Under the pieces are notes generated by a model. That model ran no database searches. It had not been told where the DNA came from and saw only the letters and a list, made by a program, of their open reading frames with translations. A program made the translations under genes and the position numbers. A DNA stretch of 28,373 bases from an uncultured Verrucomicrobiota bacterium (GTDB taxonomy: Bacteria; Verrucomicrobiota; Kiritimatiellia; CAIKKV01; CAITUY01), in NCBI GenBank assembly GCA_964355415.1, contig CAYHEL010000001.1, forward strand, positions 1 to 28,373. The letters are read 5' to 3'. Below are positions 16,983-25,216 of the stretch, piece after piece. The stretch's first letter is position 1. Every line of letters begins with the position of its first letter.

Positions 16983-18668
16983 TCACGCCTCCCCGGTTTT
17001 GCTCCATGAATCCTTGAGTGGCACAATCTGGTTGAAGACAGGGCTTGGCGTCCGGTGATCCCGGCTGTCGGCAATGAAGTACCCCTTGCGTTCAAACTGG
17101 AAACGCGCTCCCGGCGCGGCCTGGGCGAGCGAGGGTTCCACGACGGCCCGGACGATGTTCAGGGAGGCGGGATTCAGGTTGGACTTGTAATCCACACCCT
17201 CGGGCACCTCCTCGGGATGCTCCACCTTGAAGAGCCGGTCGTACAGGCGGATCTCGGCGGGGAGGCCGTGGGTTGCCGAGACCCAGTGGATGGTGCCCTT
17301 GACCTTGCGGCCATCCGGCGCGTTGCCGCCCCGCGTGGCGGGATCATAGGCGCACCGGATTTCGGTGACTCGCCCCGTCGTCTCATCCTTGGTGAATCCG
17401 GTGCAGGTGATGAAATAACCATACCGCAGGCGAACCTCTTTTCCGGGGGCCAGTCGGAAGTATTTCTTGGGGGAATCCTCCCGGAAATCGTCGGCCTCAA
17501 TATAGAGTTCGCGGGAGAACGGGATGGTGCGCGAGCCGGCTGCGGGATTCTCGGGGTTATTGACGGCGTCGATCCATTCCACCTGGCCGGCGGGATAATT
17601 CTCGATGACGACCCTGACGGGATCGAGCACAGCCATCGCGCGAGGGGCGCTCTTGTTGAGTTCCTCCCGCAGACAGAATTCCAACAGGGCGATGTCGGTA
17701 TAGCCATCGAACTTGGTCACCCCAACCCGCCGGCAGAATTCGCGGATCGATTCGGGGGTGAACCCGCGCCGACGCAGCCCGGTGATCGTGGGCATGCGCG
17801 GATCATCCCACCCCGTGACAAGACCGTCACGAACGAGTTCAAGCAGTTTGCGTTTGCTCAGGACGGTGTAGGTGACATTCAGCCGGGCGAATTCGATCTG
17901 GCGGGGTTTCGGATCAAACCCCAGTTCCTGGATGAACCAGTCATACAGCGGGCGGTGCACCTCGAATTCGAGCGTGCAGAGCGAGTGGGTGACCTTCTCC
18001 AGGGCATCCTCAATGGGATGGGCGAAGTCGTAGGTGGGATAGATGCACCACTGGCCTCCCGCCCGGTAATGATGGGCGCGCATGATACGGTAGATGACGG
18101 GGTCGCGCAGGTGGAGGTTGGGCGAGGCCATGTCGATCTTGGCGCGAACGCACAGGGTGCCATCGGGGAATTCCCCGGCGCGCATACGGGCGAACAGGTC
18201 GAGGCTTTCCGCCACCGGGCGGTTCCGCGAGGGGCTTTCCTTGCCGGGTTGGGTGGGGATGCCGCGATACTCCTTCCATTGATCCAGGGTCAGTTCGCAG
18301 ACATAGGCTTTGCCCTTCTTGATGAGCGTGCGGGCGCACTCAACCATCGTTTCAAAGTAGTCGGCGGAAAAGAAAAAATGGCCGCCCCAGTCAAACCCCA
18401 ACCACCGGACATCGTTCTTGATGCTGTCCACATACTCCATGGTTTCCTTGGAGGGATTGGTGTCATCCATGCGCAGATGGCATTGTCCTCCAAACTCCAT
18501 GGCGGTTCCAAAGTCGATGCAAATGGCCTTGGCATGTCCGATATGCAGATAACCATTGGGTTCGGGGGGGAACCGCGTGATGATGCGGGACTGTCTTCCG
18601 GCGGCGAGATCAGCGGTGATGATCTCGCGGATGAAGTCGGAGGGGACGGCGGGTTTATCCGTGTTCAT
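16983..18668 (-). CDS. glnS: Glutaminyl-tRNA synthetase
   Basis: [65 protein letters not shown], beta-barrel VRLRYGY...[18 protein letters not shown]. Confidence 0.97.
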   Translation of the reverse strand: MNTDKPAVPSDFIREIITADLAAGRQSRIITRFPPEPNGYLHIGHAKAICIDFGTAMEFGGQCHLRMDDTNPSKETMEYVDSIKNDVRWLGFDWGGHFFFSADYFETMVECARTLIKKGKAYVCELTLDQWKEYRGIPTQPGKESPSRNRPVAESLDLFARMRAGEFPDGTLCVRAKIDMASPNLHLRDPVIYRIMRAHHYRAGGQWCIYPTYDFAHPIEDALEKVTHSLCTLEFEVHRPLYDWFIQELGFDPKPRQIEFARLNVTYTVLSKRKLLELVRDGLVTGWDDPRMPTITGLRRRGFTPESIREFCRRVGVTKFDGYTDIALLEFCLREELNKSAPRAMAVLDPVRVVIENYPAGQVEWIDAVNNPENPAAGSRTIPFSRELYIEADDFREDSPKKYFRLAPGKEVRLRYGYFITCTGFTKDETTGRVTEIRCAYDPATRGGNAPDGRKVKGTIHWVSATHGLPAEIRLYDRLFKVEHPEEVPEGVDYKSNLNPASLNIVRAVVEPSLAQAAPGARFQFERKGYFIADSRDHRTPSPVFNQIVPLKDSWSKTGEA

Positions 18669-19966
18669 AGTGTGCTCAGCGTGTGATCCAGCCGGGCCAG
18701 GCCGCGTTCGCGCCCCATGACGGCCAGGGTTTCATAGATTCCCGCGCCGGTGGTCACTCCGGTGACGGCGATGCGCAGGGGTTGGTTGAGTTTACCTTCG
18801 TTGATGCCCTGGGCGGTCTCGGCCTTGCGGATGGCCTGCTCGATGGCGGCCTCGGAGAACTCGCACACGGCCAGGTTATCCCGGATGGTCTGCAGGGCGG
18901 CCTTGACGCCATCCTTGCGCAGGGTCTTCTGCACGGCCTTTTCGTCATAGGTGATCGGATCGACGAAAAAATATTTCCAGGCCGCCGCGTCAACAAAGAG
19001 AGGCGTGCGGGACTGAAGGAGTTTGCAGACCTTCATGAACAGGGGTTCATCCAGCGAGGACCCCCAGTCCAGCGTGGCCAGATGGCGCCGTGCGCCCTCG
19101 GCAAAAACCTCGAGGGGCAATTCAGCCAGATAAAGGCCGTTCATGTGGGACAGTTTCCGGATGTCCATCTGGGCCGGTCCGCTTTTGACGCGGTCGAGCG
19201 TGAAGGCGGCGATGATGTCGGGGCGGGTCATCTTCTCGCGGTCTTCGCCCGGCGACCACCCCAGCAGGGTCAGGTAGTTGAACAGGGCGTCCGCCGAATA
19301 CCCCATCTCGCGGAACTGGCCGACATAGGCGGCGCCGTCGCGTTTGGAATACGGCTTGCCCTGGGCGTTGACGATCATCGGGAGATGCGCATAGCGGGGA
19401 ACCGGCGCGCCCAACGCCTGATAGAGGGCCACGTGGCGGAACGTGTTTTCGACATGATCATCCCCGCGGATGATGTGTGTGATGCCCTGGGTGATGTCAT
19501 CCACGACATTCGCCAGGTGGAAGACGGGTGAGCCGTCGGATCGGACGATGACAAAATCCTTCATGTCATCGGCCTTTTTCAGAAGGTCGCCCTTGATTTC
19601 GTCGTGGAAACCCATATCGGTTCCCGGCATTCTGAAGAGGATGCACTCGCCCTGGCCGGTGCCGCCCTTGTCTTCCTTGTAGGCGTGGCCCGTTTTGAGC
19701 AGGCGTTCGGCGGCCTCTCGGTGCCGGTCGTGCTGGGTGGATTGATAGAGGGGGGCTTCGTCAAAGGAAAGACCGAGCCACTCCATGGCGCCGAGGATGG
19801 TCTGAACCGCTTCAGGGGTGGATCGTTCGCGGTCGGTATCCTCGATGCGCAACAGGAACTGCCCCCCGTTATGACGGGCAAAGAGCCAGTTGAAAATGGC
19901 GGCCCTGATGTTGCCGATATGGACCTGCCCTGTCGGACTGGGCGCAAAACGAACTCGAACACTCAT
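18665..19966 (-). CDS. gltX: Glutamyl-tRNA synthetase, short form (433 aa)
   Basis: [63 protein letters not shown]. Start reassigned to ATG 19966; ATGA overlap with glnS. Confidence 0.95.
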   Translation of the reverse strand: MSVRVRFAPSPTGQVHIGNIRAAIFNWLFARHNGGQFLLRIEDTDRERSTPEAVQTILGAMEWLGLSFDEAPLYQSTQHDRHREAAERLLKTGHAYKEDKGGTGQGECILFRMPGTDMGFHDEIKGDLLKKADDMKDFVIVRSDGSPVFHLANVVDDITQGITHIIRGDDHVENTFRHVALYQALGAPVPRYAHLPMIVNAQGKPYSKRDGAAYVGQFREMGYSADALFNYLTLLGWSPGEDREKMTRPDIIAAFTLDRVKSGPAQMDIRKLSHMNGLYLAELPLEVFAEGARRHLATLDWGSSLDEPLFMKVCKLLQSRTPLFVDAAAWKYFFVDPITYDEKAVQKTLRKDGVKAALQTIRDNLAVCEFSEAAIEQAIRKAETAQGINEGKLNQPLRIAVTGVTTGAGIYETLAVMGRERGLARLDHTLSTL

Positions 19967-20039
19967 GGAATCCTTCTCTTTCTCCAGAAAAAACGGGGTC
20001 ACGGTATCATAAGGGTGGGGGCAGGTGTAGAATAAAGTA

Positions 20040-20064
20040 AAATGATACCAGTTAGGTGTCATTT
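20040..20064. promoter_or_regulatory. 25-bp imperfect inverted repeat, candidate operator for nifUS
   Basis: AAATGATACC-AGTTA-GGTGTCATTT (arms 9/10 complementary), ending 5 nt before the nifU -35 box. Confidence 0.5.
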
Positions 20065-20069
20065 GTGTA

Positions 20070-20099
20070 TTGACGCAGATCTGAAAAGAGCGTTATAGT
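20070..20099 (+). promoter_or_regulatory. Candidate sigma70 promoter for nifUS
   Basis: TTGACG-18 nt-TATAGT, about 50 nt upstream of the nifU ATG. Confidence 0.6.
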
Positions 20100-20148
20100 C
20101 CGGGTTGAAATGATTGGGAGAGAGGGTTGGGCGAAAGGATGGGCGTTT

Positions 20149-21003
20149 ATGTGGGACTATACGGGCAAAGTTATGGATCATTTCCGGAATCCCCGGAATG
20201 TGGGTGTGATTGAGAATCCCGACGGCGTGGGCGAGGTCGGATCGCTGGCCTGCGGGGATGCGCTCAAACTGATGTTCAAACTGGATAAAGAAGGCCGGAT
20301 TGCCGAGGCGAGATTCCAGACGTTCGGTTGTGCGAGCGCCATCGCCTCCTCCTCGGCCCTCACCGAAATCGTCAAGGGGATGACCCTTGAGCAGGCGGCG
20401 AAAGTGACCAATCAGGACATTGCGGAGTATCTGGGCGGACTGCCTGAACAGAAGATGCACTGTTCCGTGATGGGGCGCGAAGCCCTGGAGGCGGCCATTG
20501 AAAATTACCGGAGCGGGAGTACCGCGAAAAAAATCCTGGGCGGCAAGGTGGTCTGCAACTGTTTCGGCGTCACCGAAGAGGAAATCGAACGGGTGATCCG
20601 GGAGAATGGACTGTCCACAATCGAACAGGTAACCAACTACACCAAGGCCGGCGGGGGATGCGGCAAGTGCAAGCCGGATATTGGGAAGCTTCTTGAGAAG
20701 GTGGTTCTTGAGCGTCTTGAGGCGGAGCGCAAAACCGGCGCCAAGACCGCGACCCGAAAGATGTCAGTGATGGAAAAAATCCGGCTGATCGAGCAAACCA
20801 TCGAGCGGGAGATACGCCCGCTATTGAAAAAGGACGGCGGGGATATCGAGTTGATTGACGTGGAGGGGAACCGGGTCAAGGTGGCCCTGCGTGGAATGTG
20901 CGCGGGTTGCAATGTGGCTCATTTCACGCTGAAGGACGTGGTTGAAGTCAAACTCAAGGAATTTGTCTCCAGCGACCTGACGGTCGAGGAGGTGCGGGAA
21001 TGA
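20149..21003 (+). CDS. nifU: Three-domain Fe-S scaffold NifU, 284 aa
   Basis: U-type domain (DHFRNPRNVG, SLACGDAL, FGCASAIASSS, KMHCS), BFD-like [2Fe-2S] domain (CNCFGV...GCGKC), Nfu domain (DGGDIEL...CAGC). Confidence 0.95.
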   Translation: MWDYTGKVMDHFRNPRNVGVIENPDGVGEVGSLACGDALKLMFKLDKEGRIAEARFQTFGCASAIASSSALTEIVKGMTLEQAAKVTNQDIAEYLGGLPEQKMHCSVMGREALEAAIENYRSGSTAKKILGGKVVCNCFGVTEEEIERVIRENGLSTIEQVTNYTKAGGGCGKCKPDIGKLLEKVVLERLEAERKTGAKTATRKMSVMEKIRLIEQTIEREIRPLLKKDGGDIELIDVEGNRVKVALRGMCAGCNVAHFTLKDVVEVKLKEFVSSDLTVEEVRE

Positions 21004-22187
21004 AGACCGTCTATCTGGACAACAACGCGACGTCGTCGGTGGCGCCCGAGGTGATTGAGGACATGCTCCCCTTTTTCCGGGATCAATGGGGCAATCCCTC
21101 CAGTATGCATGTTTTTGGGGGCCAGGTGAAGAAACCCCTCGACCGGGCTCGGGAACAGGTGGCGGCGCTGATCCATGCCGACCCCTCCGAGATTATCTTC
21201 ACCAGTTGCGGAACGGAGAGTGACAATGCCGCGATACGGGGAGGCGTCGAGGCGGCGGGCCCGAAATTCAACGTGGTGACAACCCGGGTCGAACATCCGG
21301 CGGTCCTGGGCCCCTGCCGGTATCTGGGGGAGCGTGGCAGGCGTTTGCACGAAATCGGCGTGGATTCATCAGGCCAGTTGGATCTGGTTCAACTGGGGGA
21401 GGCTTTGCGCGACGGCCCCGCGCTGGTGAGTATCATGTGGGCCAACAACGAGACCGGGGTCATTTTTCCCATTGACGAGATTGCCCGGATGGTCAAGGCG
21501 GCGGGCGGGGTGTTCCATACCGATGCCGTTCAGGCGGTTGGAAAATTGCCGATTGATGTGAGGAAAATTCCCGTCGATATGCTTTCCATATCAGGCCATA
21601 AACTTCACGCGCCCAAGGGGATAGGAGTTCTTTTTGTGCGCCGCGGAACCCGGCTTCAGCCGTTTATGCTTGGCGGGCATCAGGAGGATAACCGGCGGGC
21701 GGGAACGGAGAACGTTCCGTATATTGTCGGACTGGGTCGAGCCGCCGAGTTGGCGCGTGAGGCCATGGCGACGGAGATGACGCAGGTTGCCACCTTGAGG
21801 AACCGGCTGGAGGCCGGGCTCTTGGCCACCTGTCCGGATACCTGCGTGAATGGGGATCGCGTAAACCGTTTGCCCAACACGGTCAACATCAGTTTTGAGT
21901 ATATCGAGGGTGAATCGATCCTGTACATGATGAGCGATGTCGGGATCGCGGCCTCGTCCGGTTCGGCCTGCACCTCCGGTTCGCTGGAGCCGTCCCATGT
22001 CTTGCGCGCCATGGGTGTGCCCTTCACCGCCGTACACGGGTCTGTCCGGTTCAGCCTCAGCCGGTACACGACACGCGATGAAATCGATTACACCCTGGAT
22101 CGCCTGCCGCCGATCATTAGTCGCCTGCGCTCCATCTCCCCCTTCGTGAAGAAATGTACACCCCATATGGCATCAGGGTTTCCCTGA
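21000..22187 (+). CDS. nifS: Cysteine desulfurase NifS (group I)
   Basis: YLDNNAT, GNPSSMH, HTDAVQAVGK, SGHKLHAPKG (PLP Lys), RRAGTENV, ACTSGSLEPSHVL (catalytic Cys); ATGA overlap with nifU. Confidence 0.95.
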   Translation: MKTVYLDNNATSSVAPEVIEDMLPFFRDQWGNPSSMHVFGGQVKKPLDRAREQVAALIHADPSEIIFTSCGTESDNAAIRGGVEAAGPKFNVVTTRVEHPAVLGPCRYLGERGRRLHEIGVDSSGQLDLVQLGEALRDGPALVSIMWANNETGVIFPIDEIARMVKAAGGVFHTDAVQAVGKLPIDVRKIPVDMLSISGHKLHAPKGIGVLFVRRGTRLQPFMLGGHQEDNRRAGTENVPYIVGLGRAAELAREAMATEMTQVATLRNRLEAGLLATCPDTCVNGDRVNRLPNTVNISFEYIEGESILYMMSDVGIAASSGSACTSGSLEPSHVLRAMGVPFTAVHGSVRFSLSRYTTRDEIDYTLDRLPPIISRLRSISPFVKKCTPHMASGFP

Positions 22188-22272
22188 TGGCAGAATCAGT
22201 AGTTTCCCCGCTTGCGTTTTTCCGGTGGAGGCGATAACGAATTGATCAGTCTGGCGTGAGTTTCCGGTTAAT

Positions 22273-22300
22273 AAAGAGGCCCCAAAAATAAGCCTTTTTT
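22273..22300 (+). terminator. Weak possible terminator downstream of nifS
   Basis: AAAGAGGC-11 nt loop-GCCTTTTTT; short GC core and a large loop. Confidence 0.3.
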
Positions 22301-22396
22301 GAAAACAATTCTTGCCACATTCTCTCTGAGTACTGTATTAATTGAGAGGTGCCGTCTGTTTACGCGCCGAACGGGGAATGAGGAGCCGGGGGATAC

Positions 22397-23461
22397 TTGA
22401 ATATTCTTGAGGAACTACTTAGGGAGATGTGTGAGCGGAAGGCATCCGACCTTCTTATCACGGTTGGCACATCCCCTCAGTTGAGAATCAATGGGAGTCT
22501 GACGCCGACAACCCATCCTCCCATGGACAGCGGCATGATTGAGCGCCTGGCCCATGAGGTGTTGGGGGATCACCGGATGAAGGTGTTGCAGGCCCGCAAG
22601 AGTGTTGACTTCTCAAAGGGTTATGAGGGGTTGAGCCGGTTCCGGTTTAACTTCTACTATCAGCGGGGATCGGTGGCGATCGCCGTCCGGGTCATTCCTT
22701 TTAAGATCCCCGCCTTTGGGGAACTCGGCCTCCCGGAAGTGGTCAGGGAGTTTGCCCTGAGGCCGCATGGCCTGTTGCTGATCACCGGCGCGGCGGGAAG
22801 CGGGAAGTCCACGACGCAGGCCGCCATGCTGGATTATATCAACGCCAACCGGCGGCTTCACATCGTGTGCCTCGAGGATCCCATCGAATACCTGCACCAT
22901 CACAATCTCAGCGTCATTGACCAGCGCGAGATCGGCGAGGACGCCCATTCCTTCGCGGAAGCCTTGCACAGTGTCTTCCGCCAGTCGCCCGATGTGATTA
23001 TGGTGGGCGAAATGAGGGATCTGGAGACCATCCAGTTGGTGCTGAGTCTGGCCGAGACCGGACACCTCATCATGGGAACACTCCATACCCAGGACACGAC
23101 CCACGCCATCAACCGGATCGTGGATGTCTTCCCCCCCGCCCAGCAACAGCAGATTTACACCCAACTCTCCATGGTTCTGGTCGGGATTGTTTCGCAACAA
23201 CTACTGATCACCAGGGATGCGACCCGGCGGGTGCTCGCGTGTGAGATCATGAACGTGAACCAGGCGATCCGGAACCTGATCCGCGAGATGCAGGTTCAGC
23301 AGCTCTATTCGGCCATCCAGACGGGCCGGAACGAGAGTATGATCACCATGAACGATTCCCTGAAATCCCTGTTTGATCGCGGTTTGATTGATTCGGGGAC
23401 GGCGATGAGCCGTTCGCCGCGGCCAAAGGAATTGGCCCGGATGTTGGCGTTGAAAGGTTAG
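22397..23461 (+). CDS. pilT: Type IV pilus retraction ATPase PilT
   Basis: RFRFN.YYQRG, Walker A GAAGSGKST, LEDPIEY, PDVIMVGEMRD, AETGHL.MGTLHT, and the PilT-diagnostic AIRNLIRE helix; TTG start. Confidence 0.92.
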   Translation: MNILEELLREMCERKASDLLITVGTSPQLRINGSLTPTTHPPMDSGMIERLAHEVLGDHRMKVLQARKSVDFSKGYEGLSRFRFNFYYQRGSVAIAVRVIPFKIPAFGELGLPEVVREFALRPHGLLLITGAAGSGKSTTQAAMLDYINANRRLHIVCLEDPIEYLHHHNLSVIDQREIGEDAHSFAEALHSVFRQSPDVIMVGEMRDLETIQLVLSLAETGHLIMGTLHTQDTTHAINRIVDVFPPAQQQQIYTQLSMVLVGIVSQQLLITRDATRRVLACEIMNVNQAIRNLIREMQVQQLYSAIQTGRNESMITMNDSLKSLFDRGLIDSGTAMSRSPRPKELARMLALKG

Positions 23462-23485
23462 ACTGTTACGAAAGGAACCGTAATT

Positions 23486-25153
23486 ATGAAGGCAATGCAA
23501 CGAATAAGTGGTTCGGGTTTGGGTCTGCGATGGAGTGTTCTGGCCATGATGGTGGCGGTCAGCCTGGCCTCCGTGATACGGGTGTCGGGTCAGGAGACGA
23601 ACGTCGTCGCCCCGTCCCAGGGTACGAATTCAGCCCTGGTCACCATCAATGTGGATAACGGGCCCATGGTTCAGGTGCTCAATGCGTTTTCACGCCAGAC
23701 CGGCCGGAATATCGTGATCGGCTCCGAAGTGACCGGCAATGTCACGCTGCGGGTGACGACGGAGAAACCGTGGCAGGAAGCCCTGGATGTGATTCTGAAA
23801 CCCTACGGATACGATTATTACATGGTGGGCGACACGATCATCGTTTGCAGCAAGGAGAAACTGCCGAAAGATGTGCCGCTCTATAAGGGCGTGCCGGGAT
23901 CGTCAACGAATTTCGTTCAGAGTTCGGCGCCTCCGGCCGTGGTGGTGGAACCTCTGGAAGTCAAGGTGATCTCCCTGAAGTACCTGGACGCCTCGGATGT
24001 GGATGACTTGATCCGCAATCAACTGTCCCCTCGCGGGAAGACGGGCAAACTTCTGACGCGAAGTCAGAGTTGGAAGGAGCAGTCTGGTGCCGGTGGTAAT
24101 CTGGGAACCAGTTCCGAAAGTCTGGGTCGCTTACAGCGATTGCAGGAAGAAACAGTCCAAATCAAGGGCAAGACCTTTGTGGTCATCGATACCCATGATG
24201 CCATTGTGCGAATTATGGCGGTTCTGGATAAAGTCGACCGGTTTCCGGCACAGATTCAAATCGAGGCGAAATTTGTCGAGGTTTCAGCCAATCTGCTCCG
24301 GGATATTGGCGTGGATTGGGGAACGGGGGTGGATGGCAGTGGGAAAACCATTGGAACGTCCGGCGCGGGAAGTCTCTATGCGGCGGGTGTAAGTCAGTCG
24401 GGTGGCGGCGTAAAACCGAATAGTTTCAAACCCCAATCCTCCACCTTGTCAGGAACCATTCCTTTCAATACGGGTTTGTCCCTGGCGTTTCAAAAATTGA
24501 CCGATCTTCAGTTTGCCGTGTTGTTGCATCTCCTGGAGGAGGATTCGTCGTACAATATGTTGTCGTCGCCCAAGGTGATGACCATGGACAACCAGGATGC
24601 GGTCATTCTCGTGGGACAGAAATTGCCGATCATCTCGACCACCTTGGATTATTCGACTGTGAATCCGACGCGTACGACGAAATTGGAGAAATATGAGGAC
24701 ATTGGCATCAAGCTCAAGGTTCTGCCCCAGGTGTGTGAAGATAATTACATCAACTTGATTGTCCATCCGTCCGTCCGGGAATTACTTGGATATCAGTCCG
24801 GGGGGGGCTCTGGATCGGTCTCGGGAGGATCATCGGGCGCCGAATATCCCATCATTGCGGCGCGTGAGGCCGAGACGCATGTTCTGATTAAAAGTGGTCA
24901 GACGATTGTCATTGGCGGGATGATCCGGGAAAAGAAGGAGAATACCCAGATCAAGGTTCCTTTTTTTGGAAATATCCCTCTTCTTGGCGCCTTGTTCCGG
25001 CGCGACACGGTGACGACCGAGAAGATCGAACTCTTGATTTTCCTCACAGCGACGGTTCGGAATTCGGACGAGGTGATGGCGGTGAAGACGCCGGATAGTC
25101 CGTATATCATCAAGACGGAAAACAAGACCGTGAAGCCTCCGGCGAAACCGTGA
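23486..25153 (+). CDS. Outer-membrane secretin (PilQ/GspD family)
   Basis: Signal peptide; N0-like domain (VTGNVTL..PWQEALDVIL); N3 domain (LKYLDA); secretin core QIQIEAKFVEV, SSPKVMTMDNQ.A.I.VG, IGIKL.V.P, G.TIVIGG, KVPFFGNIPLLG.LFR. Confidence 0.93.
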   Translation: MKAMQRISGSGLGLRWSVLAMMVAVSLASVIRVSGQETNVVAPSQGTNSALVTINVDNGPMVQVLNAFSRQTGRNIVIGSEVTGNVTLRVTTEKPWQEALDVILKPYGYDYYMVGDTIIVCSKEKLPKDVPLYKGVPGSSTNFVQSSAPPAVVVEPLEVKVISLKYLDASDVDDLIRNQLSPRGKTGKLLTRSQSWKEQSGAGGNLGTSSESLGRLQRLQEETVQIKGKTFVVIDTHDAIVRIMAVLDKVDRFPAQIQIEAKFVEVSANLLRDIGVDWGTGVDGSGKTIGTSGAGSLYAAGVSQSGGGVKPNSFKPQSSTLSGTIPFNTGLSLAFQKLTDLQFAVLLHLLEEDSSYNMLSSPKVMTMDNQDAVILVGQKLPIISTTLDYSTVNPTRTTKLEKYEDIGIKLKVLPQVCEDNYINLIVHPSVRELLGYQSGGGSGSVSGGSSGAEYPIIAAREAETHVLIKSGQTIVIGGMIREKKENTQIKVPFFGNIPLLGALFRRDTVTTEKIELLIFLTATVRNSDEVMAVKTPDSPYIIKTENKTVKPPAKP

Positions 25154-25216
25154 GGAACATCAAGAACGCAGCGCGTGGTGTTGTCGGCGTGTCGCCGGTA
25201 GGGTCAAGGGACGCAT

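Noticed and set aside
16877-17095. Long N-terminal extensions in the ORF track for the response regulator (also ilvC, GT3, rsmH, gltX, nifU)
   Set aside because: The extensions overlap neighbouring genes or promoter DNA and lack homology. Family N-termini, and in most cases SD motifs, support the internal ATGs reported.
17055-19531. Long antisense ORFs (543 aa and 282 aa) in exact codon register opposite glnS and gltX, tempting as Rodin-Ohno sense/antisense coding
   Set aside because: In high-GC genes TTA, CTA and TCA codons are rare, so the in-register antisense frame stays open. The same shadows occur opposite ilvC, GT3, ftsI, murE, mraY and pilB, and the translations show no class II aaRS motifs.
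20149-22187. nifU/nifS as evidence of nitrogen fixation
   Set aside because: No nitrogenase or FeMo-cofactor genes lie in the window, and NIF-type Fe-S systems are housekeeping in many non-diazotrophs.
22188-22396. Possible c-di-GMP riboswitch or sRNA ahead of the pilus operon
   Set aside because: I could not find the GNRA tetraloop/receptor or the GCAAA-type signature of known c-di-GMP riboswitches. An Infernal/Rfam scan would be needed to exclude other RNAs.
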